Positions 18,413 to 27,817 of a stretch of DNA of 64,000 nt are shown in pieces. Positions within the stretch are counted from its first letter, which is position 1; every line of letters begins with the position of its first letter. The notes under the pieces are model-generated. The model saw nothing but the letters and a program-made list of their open reading frames with translations, did no database searches and was not told where the DNA came from. Origin of the DNA: Alphaproteobacteria bacterium (GTDB lineage Bacteria > Pseudomonadota > Alphaproteobacteria > SMXQ01); NCBI GenBank assembly GCA_038145705.1, contig JAYQQF010000016.1, positions 6,675 to 70,674 on the forward strand, in the 5' to 3' direction. The translations under genes were made by a program, and so were the position numbers.

Positions 18413-19410
18413 AGCGGCGCGGGCGTCGGGACATTGAAATCTACAGCATGTCCTTTCTCGATGTGATCTCCTGCGGCTTTGGCGCCGTGATCCTGCTGCT
18501 CGTCGTCTCGCTCGCTTTTGAGCCGCTCAACGTCGAGCGAATTTCCAAGGATCTTCGCGGGGCAATCTCTGAACGCGAATCGGCGCGCAAGGGCCTCGAA
18601 AGCCGGACCCAGGACATCAACCGCCAGCTCGCGGAAAAGCGCCGGAGCCTGGCTGCCCTGCAGGCCAAACTGGACGGTCTCGGTAACGATTGGCAAAAGG
18701 CAACGACGCAGCTCCAGCAAGCGCAGGGACGCGCGGCCGAGAGGTCCAAGATCGAAAGTGAATTACGCCTGGTTCGCCAGAATCTTTCAGACGAGATGCG
18801 GCGGCTTGCGAGCCAGGCCGATAATCGCCTGCCTGATCCCGATGCGATTATCGGGGGCATTCCGGTCGACAGCGAATACATCATCTTCGTGATCGATACC
18901 TCGGGCAGCATGAAAAGCGGCGCCTGGCCGCTGGTGATCAGGAAGGTTGAGGAGGTCCTGAAGGTTTATCCCCGCGTGAAGGGCATTCAGGTAATGAGCG
19001 ATATGGGGACTTACATGTTCCCGTCGTTTGCCGGCATCTGGATTCCTGATACGCCAGCGCGCCGCCAGCTTGTCATCGAACAGATGCGGCGCTGGAATGC
19101 CTTCAGCAATTCAAGCCCGGTCGAAGGAATCGAGGCATCGATCAGGGCCTTCTACAATCCGTCGCGCCCAACGAGCATTTTCGTGTTCGGCGATGATTTC
19201 AACGGGCGCAGCGTCACAAAGGTGGTTGAAACGGTGGCGCGCCTCAATCCGAAAACGGCCAACGGACAATCCCGCGTTCGCATTCATACGTTCGGGTTCC
19301 CGACGCTGATCCGGGTGGCACCTCAGAACATGGTTCGGTTTGCCCACCTGATGCGTTTGCTCGCGGAGCAGAACTCGGGCAGTTTCGTCGGGCTCAACTC
19401 TACGCGTTGA
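18409..19410 (+). CDS. Second VWA-domain protein with ExbD/MotB-like anchor
   Basis: SFLDVISCGFGAVILL TM; coiled coil; MIDAS DTSGS...FGDD; ATGA overlap. Confidence 0.9.
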   Translation: MKRRGRRDIEIYSMSFLDVISCGFGAVILLLVVSLAFEPLNVERISKDLRGAISERESARKGLESRTQDINRQLAEKRRSLAALQAKLDGLGNDWQKATTQLQQAQGRAAERSKIESELRLVRQNLSDEMRRLASQADNRLPDPDAIIGGIPVDSEYIIFVIDTSGSMKSGAWPLVIRKVEEVLKVYPRVKGIQVMSDMGTYMFPSFAGIWIPDTPARRQLVIEQMRRWNAFSNSSPVEGIEASIRAFYNPSRPTSIFVFGDDFNGRSVTKVVETVARLNPKTANGQSRVRIHTFGFPTLIRVAPQNMVRFAHLMRLLAEQNSGSFVGLNSTR

Positions 19411-19419
19411 GCGCTTGCG

Positions 19420-20583
19420 CTAAATGCCGCGCGCGCGCCAGCCGAAGGCAATGGTGGCGAGCGTCAGCAGCACGAGGCAGCCGAACAGCCCGCCCTGAAA
19501 GCCGAGGCCGAGGTAATCGGCCAGCAGCCCGGTGACGAAGGGACCCAGGATCAGCGCCAGGTCCTGCGCGGTGCGCAGCAGGCCCATGACCGGGCCGCGC
19601 TGGTTGGCGGGCGCCTTGTCGGCGGCATAGGCCGTGATGTTGGGAAAAGCCACGCCGCCGCCGATGCCGAACAGGATCGCGCTCAGCCAGATGTATTCGG
19701 GCCGGTCGCCCACCGCCAGCACGGCGCAGGCGGCGAGCGTCAATATGCACGACAGCACGATCACCGGCACGCGCCCGAAGATGCGTGCAAGCCACGGCGT
19801 GAAAAACAGGACGCTCAGGTTGGCGAGCGCGCCGCTGGTCAGGATCAGCCCGATGGTGGCGAGGCTCATCTGGAACTTCGACTGCGCGATCAGCGGCATC
19901 AGGATCCAGTTCGACGCCGTGCGCACGTAGAACAGGCTGAAGCAGATCAGGCCGATGTAAAAGCCTTCGCGCGCCAGCGTCGTCAGGCGCACCGGTGCGG
20001 GCCGTTCGCCCTCCGTTTTTTCCGCGGCCTTGGGCCAGGGCATGAGCGCGAAAGCGAGCACGCCGATCAGCGCGATGATGCCGTTGGCGAAGAACGCGGC
20101 ACCCATGCCCCACAGCCCCGCCGCCAGTCCGCCCATCGCCGGGCCGAGGCTGGTGCCGATGACGTTGGCGCCCTGGTACATCGACATGTCCTGAAGCCGA
20201 CGTCCCGGCTCGCCGAGGTCGGCCACCGACGCCAGCGCCGATGTGATCACGGTGGACGACGCGATGCCCATGAACAGCAGGCAGATGAAGAAGGCGCCGA
20301 CGCTCGATGTCGCGGCCACCCCGAAGGAAGCAATCGCCGTGACGATGCAGCCGAGGCTCATCATCCGCCGCCGCCCGAACTTTTCAGACGCATAACCCGC
20401 CGGAATATTGACCAGCAGCCTGGCACCCCCGAAGGCCGAAACCATCAGCCCGACGACCGCCGCACTCGCGCCGAGGCTGGCGCCATAAACGGCGATCATC
20501 GACCACACCATGCCGTTGCCGAACTGCTTCAGGAACATCAGGGCGAAGAGGACGAGGAGGGGCGTGGACGGCAGTTTCATCAT
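19420..20583 (-). CDS. MFS transporter
   Basis: About 12 TM segments; motif A-like GYASEKFGRRR. Confidence 0.9.
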   Translation of the reverse strand: MMKLPSTPLLVLFALMFLKQFGNGMVWSMIAVYGASLGASAAVVGLMVSAFGGARLLVNIPAGYASEKFGRRRMMSLGCIVTAIASFGVAATSSVGAFFICLLFMGIASSTVITSALASVADLGEPGRRLQDMSMYQGANVIGTSLGPAMGGLAAGLWGMGAAFFANGIIALIGVLAFALMPWPKAAEKTEGERPAPVRLTTLAREGFYIGLICFSLFYVRTASNWILMPLIAQSKFQMSLATIGLILTSGALANLSVLFFTPWLARIFGRVPVIVLSCILTLAACAVLAVGDRPEYIWLSAILFGIGGGVAFPNITAYAADKAPANQRGPVMGLLRTAQDLALILGPFVTGLLADYLGLGFQGGLFGCLVLLTLATIAFGWRARGI

Positions 20584-20687
20584 GTATCTCGAACGCGGCA
20601 CGGGTGGCAGGAAGGCTATGGCGCAATGTAGCATTCCGAATCCGGCGCGGGACTGGTATTCCTGTATCTCTGACAGGCGGGGGTTGC

Positions 20688-21530
20688 ATGGCGAAGGATA
20701 CGGAAAACGGCGTTGAGATCCGGCTCGACCTGCCCTACGGCGGCGGGCCGCGCGGCGATCTTTGCCTCGATGCCTATGTTCCGCCGGGCGTGGGCCCGCA
20801 TCCGGCGCTTCTGTGCCTGCATGGCGGCGCCTGGCAGCACGGTTCGCAAAGACAGTACCAGAGCTGGGGTCCGTGGCTGGCCGAACGCGGCTTTGCCGTG
20901 ATCGCGGTCAACTACCGACTGACCAGCGATGTCAGCCCCGCCTGGCCGGGAGTTTGGGAAGATGTCTGCCGCGCGCTTGACTGGATGCTGGCCCATGCGT
21001 CGGAGCTTCGCATCGATCCCGCGCGCATCGGCACCATCGGCGATTCGGCGGGCGGCCACATGGCGGCGATGCTGTCGCTCGATGAGCGGACGACGAAATT
21101 CATCCGCGCCGTCATCGGCGTCTACGGCATTTACGACCTGCCAGAATGGTGGCGCACGACCCAGCCGCCCCGGCGCACCGACGATCCCGTCGCCAGCCTG
21201 ATGGGCAAGCCGTATGTGGAAATGAAGGACGACTACGAGAACTTCTCGCCATATCACCGGCTGCAGCGGATGGCGGGCAGGCCCGCGGCAAAATACTTCA
21301 TCATCTACGGCGACCAGGATACGCGGGTGCCGCACCCGCAGTCCGAGCGCTTCCTCGCCCTCCTGCGCGAAAAGGGCGCCGATGTCGGCGCCTTGCCCAT
21401 TCCGGGCGCCGGCCATTCGTGGTTCACGTTCGTGGCGGGTGATCCCAAGCGCCGGCGCGTGGACGAAGAGCCCAACGTCACGGTCGCCCCGGCGCTCCTC
21501 GAATTTCTGCGCAAAACGGCGGCTCTTTAA
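20688..21530 (+). CDS. Alpha/beta hydrolase (HSL-like esterase)
   Basis: HGGAW oxyanion motif, GDSAGG nucleophile, GDQD and GAGH triad residues. Confidence 0.92.
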   Translation: MAKDTENGVEIRLDLPYGGGPRGDLCLDAYVPPGVGPHPALLCLHGGAWQHGSQRQYQSWGPWLAERGFAVIAVNYRLTSDVSPAWPGVWEDVCRALDWMLAHASELRIDPARIGTIGDSAGGHMAAMLSLDERTTKFIRAVIGVYGIYDLPEWWRTTQPPRRTDDPVASLMGKPYVEMKDDYENFSPYHRLQRMAGRPAAKYFIIYGDQDTRVPHPQSERFLALLREKGADVGALPIPGAGHSWFTFVAGDPKRRRVDEEPNVTVAPALLEFLRKTAAL

Positions 21531-21618
21531 GCCCGCGCAAGCGTTCCTCTGGACGCCCGCGCGCCGCAGTACGACAATAAGAAAAAACCCGGGCGGGGAA
21601 CAAATCACGGAGGACGCC

Positions 21619-22431
21619 ATGTTCGCGAAAATCAATCATGTCGCCGCCTGCAGCGAGAAATACGCGCTGCTCGGCAAGTTCTATGAAACCGTCTTCGGCA
21701 TGAAGACCTCGCCCAAGCTGCGCTCGGGCCGCGCGGTCACGGTCGGCGACGGCTATGTCGGCTTCAACATCAACCCGCGCAAGGCGGGCCGCGGCGCCGG
21801 CCTCGATCATTTCGGCATCCAGGTCGCCAGCATGGAAACGGTCTATGACCGGATGCGTTCGAAATATCCCGGCGCGCACTGGATCGACCGGCCCTCGACG
21901 CGGCCCTTCGCGGCGGTAACGGCGAACGATCCCGACGGCAATGTCTTCGATCTGTCCCAGGCGGATTCGAAGAACCTCGCCCATGTCTATACCGAGAACA
22001 CGGGCGATGCCCAGGGCCGCTACATCAGCCATATCGCCATCCGCACCGTGCATCCGGACGAAATGGCGCGCTTCTACACGGACGTTTTCGAACTGACGCC
22101 TCAGAATGCCGCCGCGGGCGATCCAAACCATTACCTGACCGACGGGCACGTGACGCTGGTCATCATTCCATGGGACATCCGCAATTACGTCCAGCAGAAC
22201 ATCCTTCTGCCGTCCATCGATCACATCGGCTTCACGGTGGAAAGCATCGACAAGTTGAAGGCGGACCTGGAAGAAGCGGTGGACATCAACCCCGTTCTCA
22301 ACCCCGTTCCCTTCGGGCGCGGGAAGGAAGGCGGCAACCGGCTGGCGCTTCTGAAGAAGCAGTGCCCTTACGGGGAATTTTTCATGTCCGATCCCGACTA
22401 CACGCTGCTCGCGGTGCGCGAACGTCACTGA
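21619..22431 (+). CDS. Two-domain VOC/glyoxalase family protein
   Basis: INHVA...LDHFG...DPDGN and ISHIA...IDHIG...DPD repeats; GGAGG RBS. Confidence 0.88.
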   Translation: MFAKINHVAACSEKYALLGKFYETVFGMKTSPKLRSGRAVTVGDGYVGFNINPRKAGRGAGLDHFGIQVASMETVYDRMRSKYPGAHWIDRPSTRPFAAVTANDPDGNVFDLSQADSKNLAHVYTENTGDAQGRYISHIAIRTVHPDEMARFYTDVFELTPQNAAAGDPNHYLTDGHVTLVIIPWDIRNYVQQNILLPSIDHIGFTVESIDKLKADLEEAVDINPVLNPVPFGRGKEGGNRLALLKKQCPYGEFFMSDPDYTLLAVRERH

Positions 22432-22605
22432 GCCCGCGGCCTGTTTTCGCGACCGCGGCGCCCGGCCGACAGGGGGCGCCGACGGTCACGATCGCTCGCC
22501 TGGTTTGATCAAGTAAATCGCCAAAAAATCGCTTTTTCCGTCGAAATAATGCTGATTTTTTCTGGCAAAGGCTGGCGCAAATATTTGCGTCGGCCGCAGA
22601 AAAAC

Positions 22606-22634
22606 TTGCCAATTCATTCCCGCGAGCGCATACA
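22606..22634 (+). promoter_or_regulatory. Putative sigma70 promoter of cspA
   Basis: TTGCCA-N17-CATACA about 140 nt upstream of the csp start, consistent with the long csp 5' UTR. Confidence 0.5.
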
Positions 22635-22777
22635 GATGCGGTGAAGGCTCCACGGCTCTTTCGACGATAGCTTTTGCAGTCTTACGGCTGAAAACTCTAT
22701 TTCAAATCGTTGTGCGGACTCTCGCCCCGGGCGAAAAAAACTTCGGTCGGGCAATGTATCATTTCGAAGGCAAGACA

Positions 22778-22981
22778 ATGGCTACAGGTACCGTAAAATT
22801 TTTCAACACCGCCAAGGGCTTCGGTTTCATTTCGCCCGATGATGGTTCAAAGGACGTGTTCGTTCACGTCTCTGCTCTGGAAAGTGCCGGCATTCCCAGC
22901 CTGCGTGAAAACCAGAAGGTCAGCTTTGATGTTCAGCCGGACGCGCGCGGCCCCAAGGCCGTGAACATTCGGGCGGAATAG
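22778..22981 (+). CDS. cspA: Cold-shock protein
   Basis: [30 protein letters not shown] with RNP1/RNP2 motifs. Confidence 0.97.
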   Translation: MATGTVKFFNTAKGFGFISPDDGSKDVFVHVSALESAGIPSLRENQKVSFDVQPDARGPKAVNIRAE

Positions 22982-23136
22982 CGCCGCGGGGGCGACGCTC
23001 CCGTTTCGAACGAGAAAGTCCTTGCCGGCGCGCGAGCCTTCCCTGAAAGCTCGTCGTCGCCGGACGTTCCGGCTCCCGGGTGGCGCGCGCCTCCGGGATC
23101 GCGGAATGTTGCCCCTGACCGAGACGGAAGAGAGCC

Positions 23137-23304
23137 GTGGCCCGCAAAACGAACTACAACTTCGAAAAGCGCCAACGCGAAATCCAGAAGAAAGAAAAGA
23201 AAGTCGCGAAGCTTGAGGCAAAACGCCAGAAAGCCGAAGAGCGGAAAGACGAAAAAGTACCCGATGAACGCGACGTTCAGGACGGGACTGGTGAAGTCAG
23301 CTGA
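23137..23304 (+). CDS. Small Lys/Glu-rich protein (55 aa, below ORF-track cutoff)
   Basis: GTG start after GGAAGAGAG; MARKTNYNFEKRQREIQKKEKKVAKLEAKRQKAEERKDEKVPDERDVQDGTGEVS. Confidence 0.75.
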   Translation: MARKTNYNFEKRQREIQKKEKKVAKLEAKRQKAEERKDEKVPDERDVQDGTGEVS

Positions 23305-23351
23305 TCCATTGCGCCCGGGGCGCCGCTCCGCGCATCTGATCCCCGCCGTGC

Positions 23352-23558
23352 CTATTTCTTCGAAATCGCCTTTTCGGCCGCTGCTTTCTCCGCGGCCTCT
23401 TTATCGGCAGCTTCCTTGGCAAGCCTGAGATTGCGCAGACGCGCCGTGTGATCGGCGCGTGCCTGTTCAGCTTTCGCTTTATCGATCAGGAACTGCTTGT
23501 CGGTTCGCTCGCTGGCCGTGAAATATTTTTCGGCTCTCGATTTGGCGGACTTGGCCAA
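23352..23558 (-). CDS. Small basic helical hypothetical protein
   Basis: TTG start after GGAGG; TARLRNLRLAKEA motif recalled from alphaproteobacterial csp-adjacent small proteins. Confidence 0.75.
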   Translation of the reverse strand: MAKSAKSRAEKYFTASERTDKQFLIDKAKAEQARADHTARLRNLRLAKEAADKEAAEKAAAEKAISKK

Positions 23559-23642
23559 GATGATGCCCTCCGATCTGGCTTTGGGTCATTGGAAAGGGTC
23601 AGGGAAAGCGCGGCGGGGCGGACGCCTCCGCCGCCAGCAGTC

Positions 23643-23852
23643 CTAGTCGACGAGCGCGAGATTTTCCGCCGATACCTTGCCGTTGCGCCCACTTTCCAGA
23701 TCGTAGGTCAGCTTCTGGCCTTCCTTGAGGGTGCCGAGCCCGGCGCGCTCTACGGCCGAGATATGGACAAAAGCGTCCTTGGAGCCGTCGTCGGGAGAAA
23801 TGAAGCCGAAACCGCGATCGGTGTTGAAGAATTTCACAGTACCTTGAGGCAT
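23643..23852 (-). CDS. cspA: Cold-shock protein (second paralog)
   Basis: [32 protein letters not shown]. Confidence 0.96.
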   Translation of the reverse strand: MPQGTVKFFNTDRGFGFISPDDGSKDAFVHISAVERAGLGTLKEGQKLTYDLESGRNGKVSAENLALVD

Positions 23853-24094
23853 ATCGAATCTTTCTTGGAGAAGTTGCAGTCCCGATGCGCGTGCGCCGGG
23901 ACTCGTCAGGGATCGCCAGTCATTGGATGCCAAAGACAGTTCGCGCACGGCCACTGGGCTCGCGCGGGAAGAATTTGCCATGTCATGGGGAGGCGTTCAC
24001 CGCATCATGTGGTCACGTTTGCCGGGCACAGCACAAGGGAATTCGGCCGCTGCCTGCAATGGAAGTGAAATAACACAACGACTTCAGTGAGATG

Positions 24095-25069
24095 CTAGTG
24101 GGTCAGCATACCGGCGGGCAGGGGAGGCCAGTCGGGCATGGCCAGCCACAGGCGCAGCAGCAGACGCTTGCGCTCAAGTTCGGGGAAATCCTCGAACCCG
24201 GTGCGTCCGTGCAGCGTGACGCGGTTGTTGAGGAATTGCAGGTCGCCCGGCTCCAGCATCATCCGATGCACGATGTCGTCGCGCACCGAGATCGACCTGA
24301 ATACTTCGAGCGCTTCCGCGGCGCGCGGGTCGTCTTCCAGCCGGTCATGGGCGAGCGAGCGCAACATCGGCCTTGCGTGGAAATTGCACACAAGCCTGCC
24401 GCCGACGGCCCCGAAAACGGGGACGCGGTGGCCTGTCGTCGGCGCTTCGCCGGAAGATTCCGATTCCGAATGGCGGCAGTAAAACCCGCGATAGAGAAGG
24501 CCCATCAGGTCGGGCCTTTCCGCAAGAATGGCGTTGTGAATGACGAAGGAACTGGCGACCAGGCTTTCGCCGCCGCTTTGCGCTTTGCGCATGCTCAGCA
24601 GCCCGACGACATCGCTCGAATCGATGTGCAGGTTGAGGGCGAGCGGCGAGCGGTAGGCACGACGGGTATCGCCAGTGTGGGTCATGTCCATGACCTCGCC
24701 GATCACGTCGCCGCGGTAGCTTTGGGCGACGGCATGCCCGACATGGGTGCCGATGCCCCACAGCAGAAGTTCCGTTTCGGCACGTCCGTAATGATCGAGC
24801 GGCAAACCGCGCAGGAGGCACAGGCCGGGGCCGTCGGCGAGCAGCTCTCTTGCCCGCGCGAGATCGCGGGCAAGGGACGGCAGCGCGAAGTCCCAAGCCG
24901 TAATTTTTTCAAGCGGCAGGTTCGCGGCTTTGACGCGGGCGATGGCGGCGGCGATATCGGCAAGCCCTTCGGAGCCGATGCGGATGATCCAATCCTCGCG
25001 CGCGGCAAGCTCGCGCGCCGTCCATACCCAGGGCGCTGAAACCGGTGAGGGCATCGTGGCGGTGGTCAT
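24095..25069 (-). CDS. TauD/TfdA family Fe(II)/2-oxoglutarate dioxygenase
   Basis: HID facial motif, GGES, LNN...HGR...RLLLRLWL. Confidence 0.92.
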   Translation of the reverse strand: MTTATMPSPVSAPWVWTARELAAREDWIIRIGSEGLADIAAAIARVKAANLPLEKITAWDFALPSLARDLARARELLADGPGLCLLRGLPLDHYGRAETELLLWGIGTHVGHAVAQSYRGDVIGEVMDMTHTGDTRRAYRSPLALNLHIDSSDVVGLLSMRKAQSGGESLVASSFVIHNAILAERPDLMGLLYRGFYCRHSESESSGEAPTTGHRVPVFGAVGGRLVCNFHARPMLRSLAHDRLEDDPRAAEALEVFRSISVRDDIVHRMMLEPGDLQFLNNRVTLHGRTGFEDFPELERKRLLLRLWLAMPDWPPLPAGMLTH

Positions 25070-25193
25070 CGGGTTCTCCCGTCGGCAACTTCGTGCATTG
25101 TGAAACGCCACGGCGCCCGATTCAACATGGCCCGCGCAAGATCGGGCAATCCGTGCTACGCCTGATCGCGGATTTTCCGATGAAGGGGGCAAC

Positions 25194-26298
25194 ATGCGCG
25201 CGCTCGTCTGCGATCACTGGTGCGATTACAACGACCTGACCGTGCGGGATTTTCCCGCACCTGAATTGCGCCCGGGCACCGTGCGCGTTCGCGTCGAGGC
25301 GGCGGGGGTCAGTTATTCGACCCAGATCGTCGTCGCCGGCAAGTACCAGCGCAAACCGCCCTTGCCCTTCGTCCCCGGCACCGATATCGCCGGCACGGTG
25401 ATCGAGGTCGCCGACGGCGTCACCGGCCTGGTGCCCGGCATGCGCGTGTTCGCGCCCGTCGACTGGGGCGGCTCGGCCCAAGAAGCGGTGGTCGATGCGA
25501 TCCACGCGATGGAACTGCCCGATGGGCTGGAGCTTGCCGCGGCGGCGGCGCTGCCGGTCAGCTATTCGACGGCGGCCAGCGCGTTGATGTGGCGCGCAAG
25601 GCTTCAGAAGGACGACTGGATTCTGGTGCATGGTGCGGGCGGCGGTGTCGGCCTTGCCGCGGTCGAGATCGCCAAGGCGTTGGGCGCGCGCGGGGTAGCG
25701 CGGGCGCGCCCGGGCACACCCCCACATTTTGTGGCCCCCCCGGCCGGCCCCCGGGGACACACCCGGCCCCCCCCCCCCGGGGGGGGGGGGGGGGGCGGCC
25801 GCCCCCCCCCCGGGCCGTGACAAGCACGACGTTTTGCTGACCCGCGGGGCGGACGCGGTCATCGACAGCGCCGCGCCGTCCTTCCGCGATGAAGCCCTCA
25901 AAATTTCAGGCGGCGGCACCCAGGCCGTGCTCGATCCCATGGGCGGGCCGGTGTTCGACGAAAGCCTGCGCTGCCTCGCCGAGGGCGGCACGCTGGTGAG
26001 CATCGGCTACGTCAGCGGCGAGATCCCGTCCGCCGCGGCCAACATCCTGATGCTCAAGAACATCGCCGTCGCCGGCCTCAACTGGGGCCTCTATATCGGC
26101 TGGTCGCCCGGCGACAACCGGCAGTTCTATGCGCCGCGCGCCCGTGCCCTGTGGGCGCTGCTTGTCGACTGGTGGCAGGCGGGCAAGATCAATCCCACCG
26201 TGCACGCCCGTTTCCCGCTGGCGGAGTTCCGCGCCGCCATGGCCGAAGTGCGCGAACGCCGCGCCGTCGGCCGCGTTGTCCTTTTGCCCCAGGAATAA
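25194..26298 (+). pseudogene. NADPH:quinone oxidoreductase (zeta-crystallin family), split by a frameshift in a G/C homopolymer patch (probably an assembly artefact)
   Basis: N-half (GKYQRKPPLPFVPG...HGAGGGVGLAAVEIAK) in ORF 25194..25820; C-half (GADAVID...GRVVL) in ORF 25729..26298. Confidence 0.85.
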
Positions 26299-26310
26299 AG
26301 CGGCGGCGGC

Positions 26311-27612
26311 CTACTTTCCGGGTGCGGGCTTGGCCGTGTCGATGGCGGCGGCCTTGTCGCCGCCCGCCACCGAGTAGCGGATCGGTACCTTGCGCGTCTT
26401 GAGGAACTGCTCGAGCGTTTCGCCCCGCATGCTGGCGTAGATTTCAGGGTTCGACACGCCGATCAGCGCCGCCATCTTCTCCAGCACGAAGAAGCTGACG
26501 CCCATGCGGATCATCTCGATCCACTTGCGTTCGCGGATCATCGTGCGTTCCTCGGCCGTAAGCTGGTATTCGTCGGCCAGCGCGTCGAAGTCGTCCAAGA
26601 AGCGCTTGCGGTGAGCGGGCTCGACGATGCGGTGCAGGAAATCGTTGATGCGGTAGCAGTTGAAGCTGCGCTCGAGGGTGAAGGGATAGGTGCCCTTGAT
26701 CTGGTCGGCGCCGGCGAACTCGCGGCCGATATGCTCGCGGTAGGCTTCCGCCGCAGCCCTGTCCGGATCGCCGCCCATGTCCTCGAATACCAGGGTGGCG
26801 AGGTTTGTCACCGAGGGTGCGTAGGTCTGGGAGTGGATCTTTTTCACCGTGTCCGAAAGCGCGCCGCGCATGATCAGCCAGGTGATCACTTCGGAGCCTT
26901 CCATGCCGCCGAGGGTGGCGAATTCGGCAACGCGCTTTTCGGTCAGCTTTGCGGGATCGGTTTCGAGAAGGCGCAGGAATTCGTTATCCCATTCCTCGTT
27001 CAGGAAGCCCGCCCGCTCGCCATGCACTTGGTGCGACAGGCCGCCGGTGGCGAAGATGGCCACGCGCAGGTCGTCGTCGGGGAAGCTTTCGACCGCCTTG
27101 CGCAGGCTCTTTCCGAGCTTGTAGCAGCGCCGCGCGTTGGGGGTGGGTACCTGCAGCACGCCCACCTGCAGCGGCACGATGCTGCCGGGCCAGGGGCCGT
27201 TTTCGTCGCCCATCATGGACAGGGGCGACAGGCAGCCGTGATCGAGCGCCTTGCGTTGGAAGAACGACATGTCGAATTCGTCGGCCATCAGCGCCGCGCC
27301 GATGTGGCGGGCAAGCGCCGCGTGGCCTTTCGCCGGGGCCACCTTGCGTGGCCCGCCGCCCTCGTCGGCCGGCGGATAGGTGTCGCCGACGCCAAGCGCG
27401 AAGGCCGAATAATGGTCGAAGAAGAACGACGTCACGTGGTCGTTATAGATAAGGAAGCAAACGTCGATCTTCTTGTCGCGCACCCATTTCCGGATTTCGG
27501 CGAAGCCCGCGAAGATCGGCGCCCAGGCCGGGTCGTTCTGCTTGTTGGTGTCCTTGGCGAAGCCGATTGTCGGCGAATGGGAGGCGCCGATGCCTCCGAC
27601 GATCCTGGCCAT
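26311..27612 (-). CDS. galA: Gallate dioxygenase (LigB-LigA fusion; GalA/DesB type)
   Basis: MARIVGGIGASHSPTIGFA, YNDH, DHG, GGLSHQVHGER, EGSE, plus C-terminal LigA-like domain (GTYPFTLERS...FFVLEK). Confidence 0.9.
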   Translation of the reverse strand: MARIVGGIGASHSPTIGFAKDTNKQNDPAWAPIFAGFAEIRKWVRDKKIDVCFLIYNDHVTSFFFDHYSAFALGVGDTYPPADEGGGPRKVAPAKGHAALARHIGAALMADEFDMSFFQRKALDHGCLSPLSMMGDENGPWPGSIVPLQVGVLQVPTPNARRCYKLGKSLRKAVESFPDDDLRVAIFATGGLSHQVHGERAGFLNEEWDNEFLRLLETDPAKLTEKRVAEFATLGGMEGSEVITWLIMRGALSDTVKKIHSQTYAPSVTNLATLVFEDMGGDPDRAAAEAYREHIGREFAGADQIKGTYPFTLERSFNCYRINDFLHRIVEPAHRKRFLDDFDALADEYQLTAEERTMIRERKWIEMIRMGVSFFVLEKMAALIGVSNPEIYASMRGETLEQFLKTRKVPIRYSVAGGDKAAAIDTAKPAPGK

Positions 27613-27817
27613 GGCCGTGGTCTCCTCGCTGGGTCTGTCCGTCACAGGATATTGCACCGGCGGCGGATATCAAAACGCCGTCTCCGGCTCCCCGGGCGCG
27701 GGCACTACATTTCCTGTAGCGGATTGCTACGTCCCGCGCAGTATCTGGAAAACAGCTGCCTGCCTAGGGTGTCTCCGTCAGCCACATTGGTGGCAGCAAC
27801 CGATAAGGAGACAGACC

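Noticed and set aside
16499-19410. Zorya (ZorAB), Ton or Tol-Pal assignment
   Set aside because: No long ZorA tail, OmpA-like domain, ZorC/D/E, TonB, TolB or Pal; partners carry VWA domains.
22574-22589. Sigma54 promoter upstream of cspA
   Set aside because: GG-GC spacing is 11 nt instead of the required 10.
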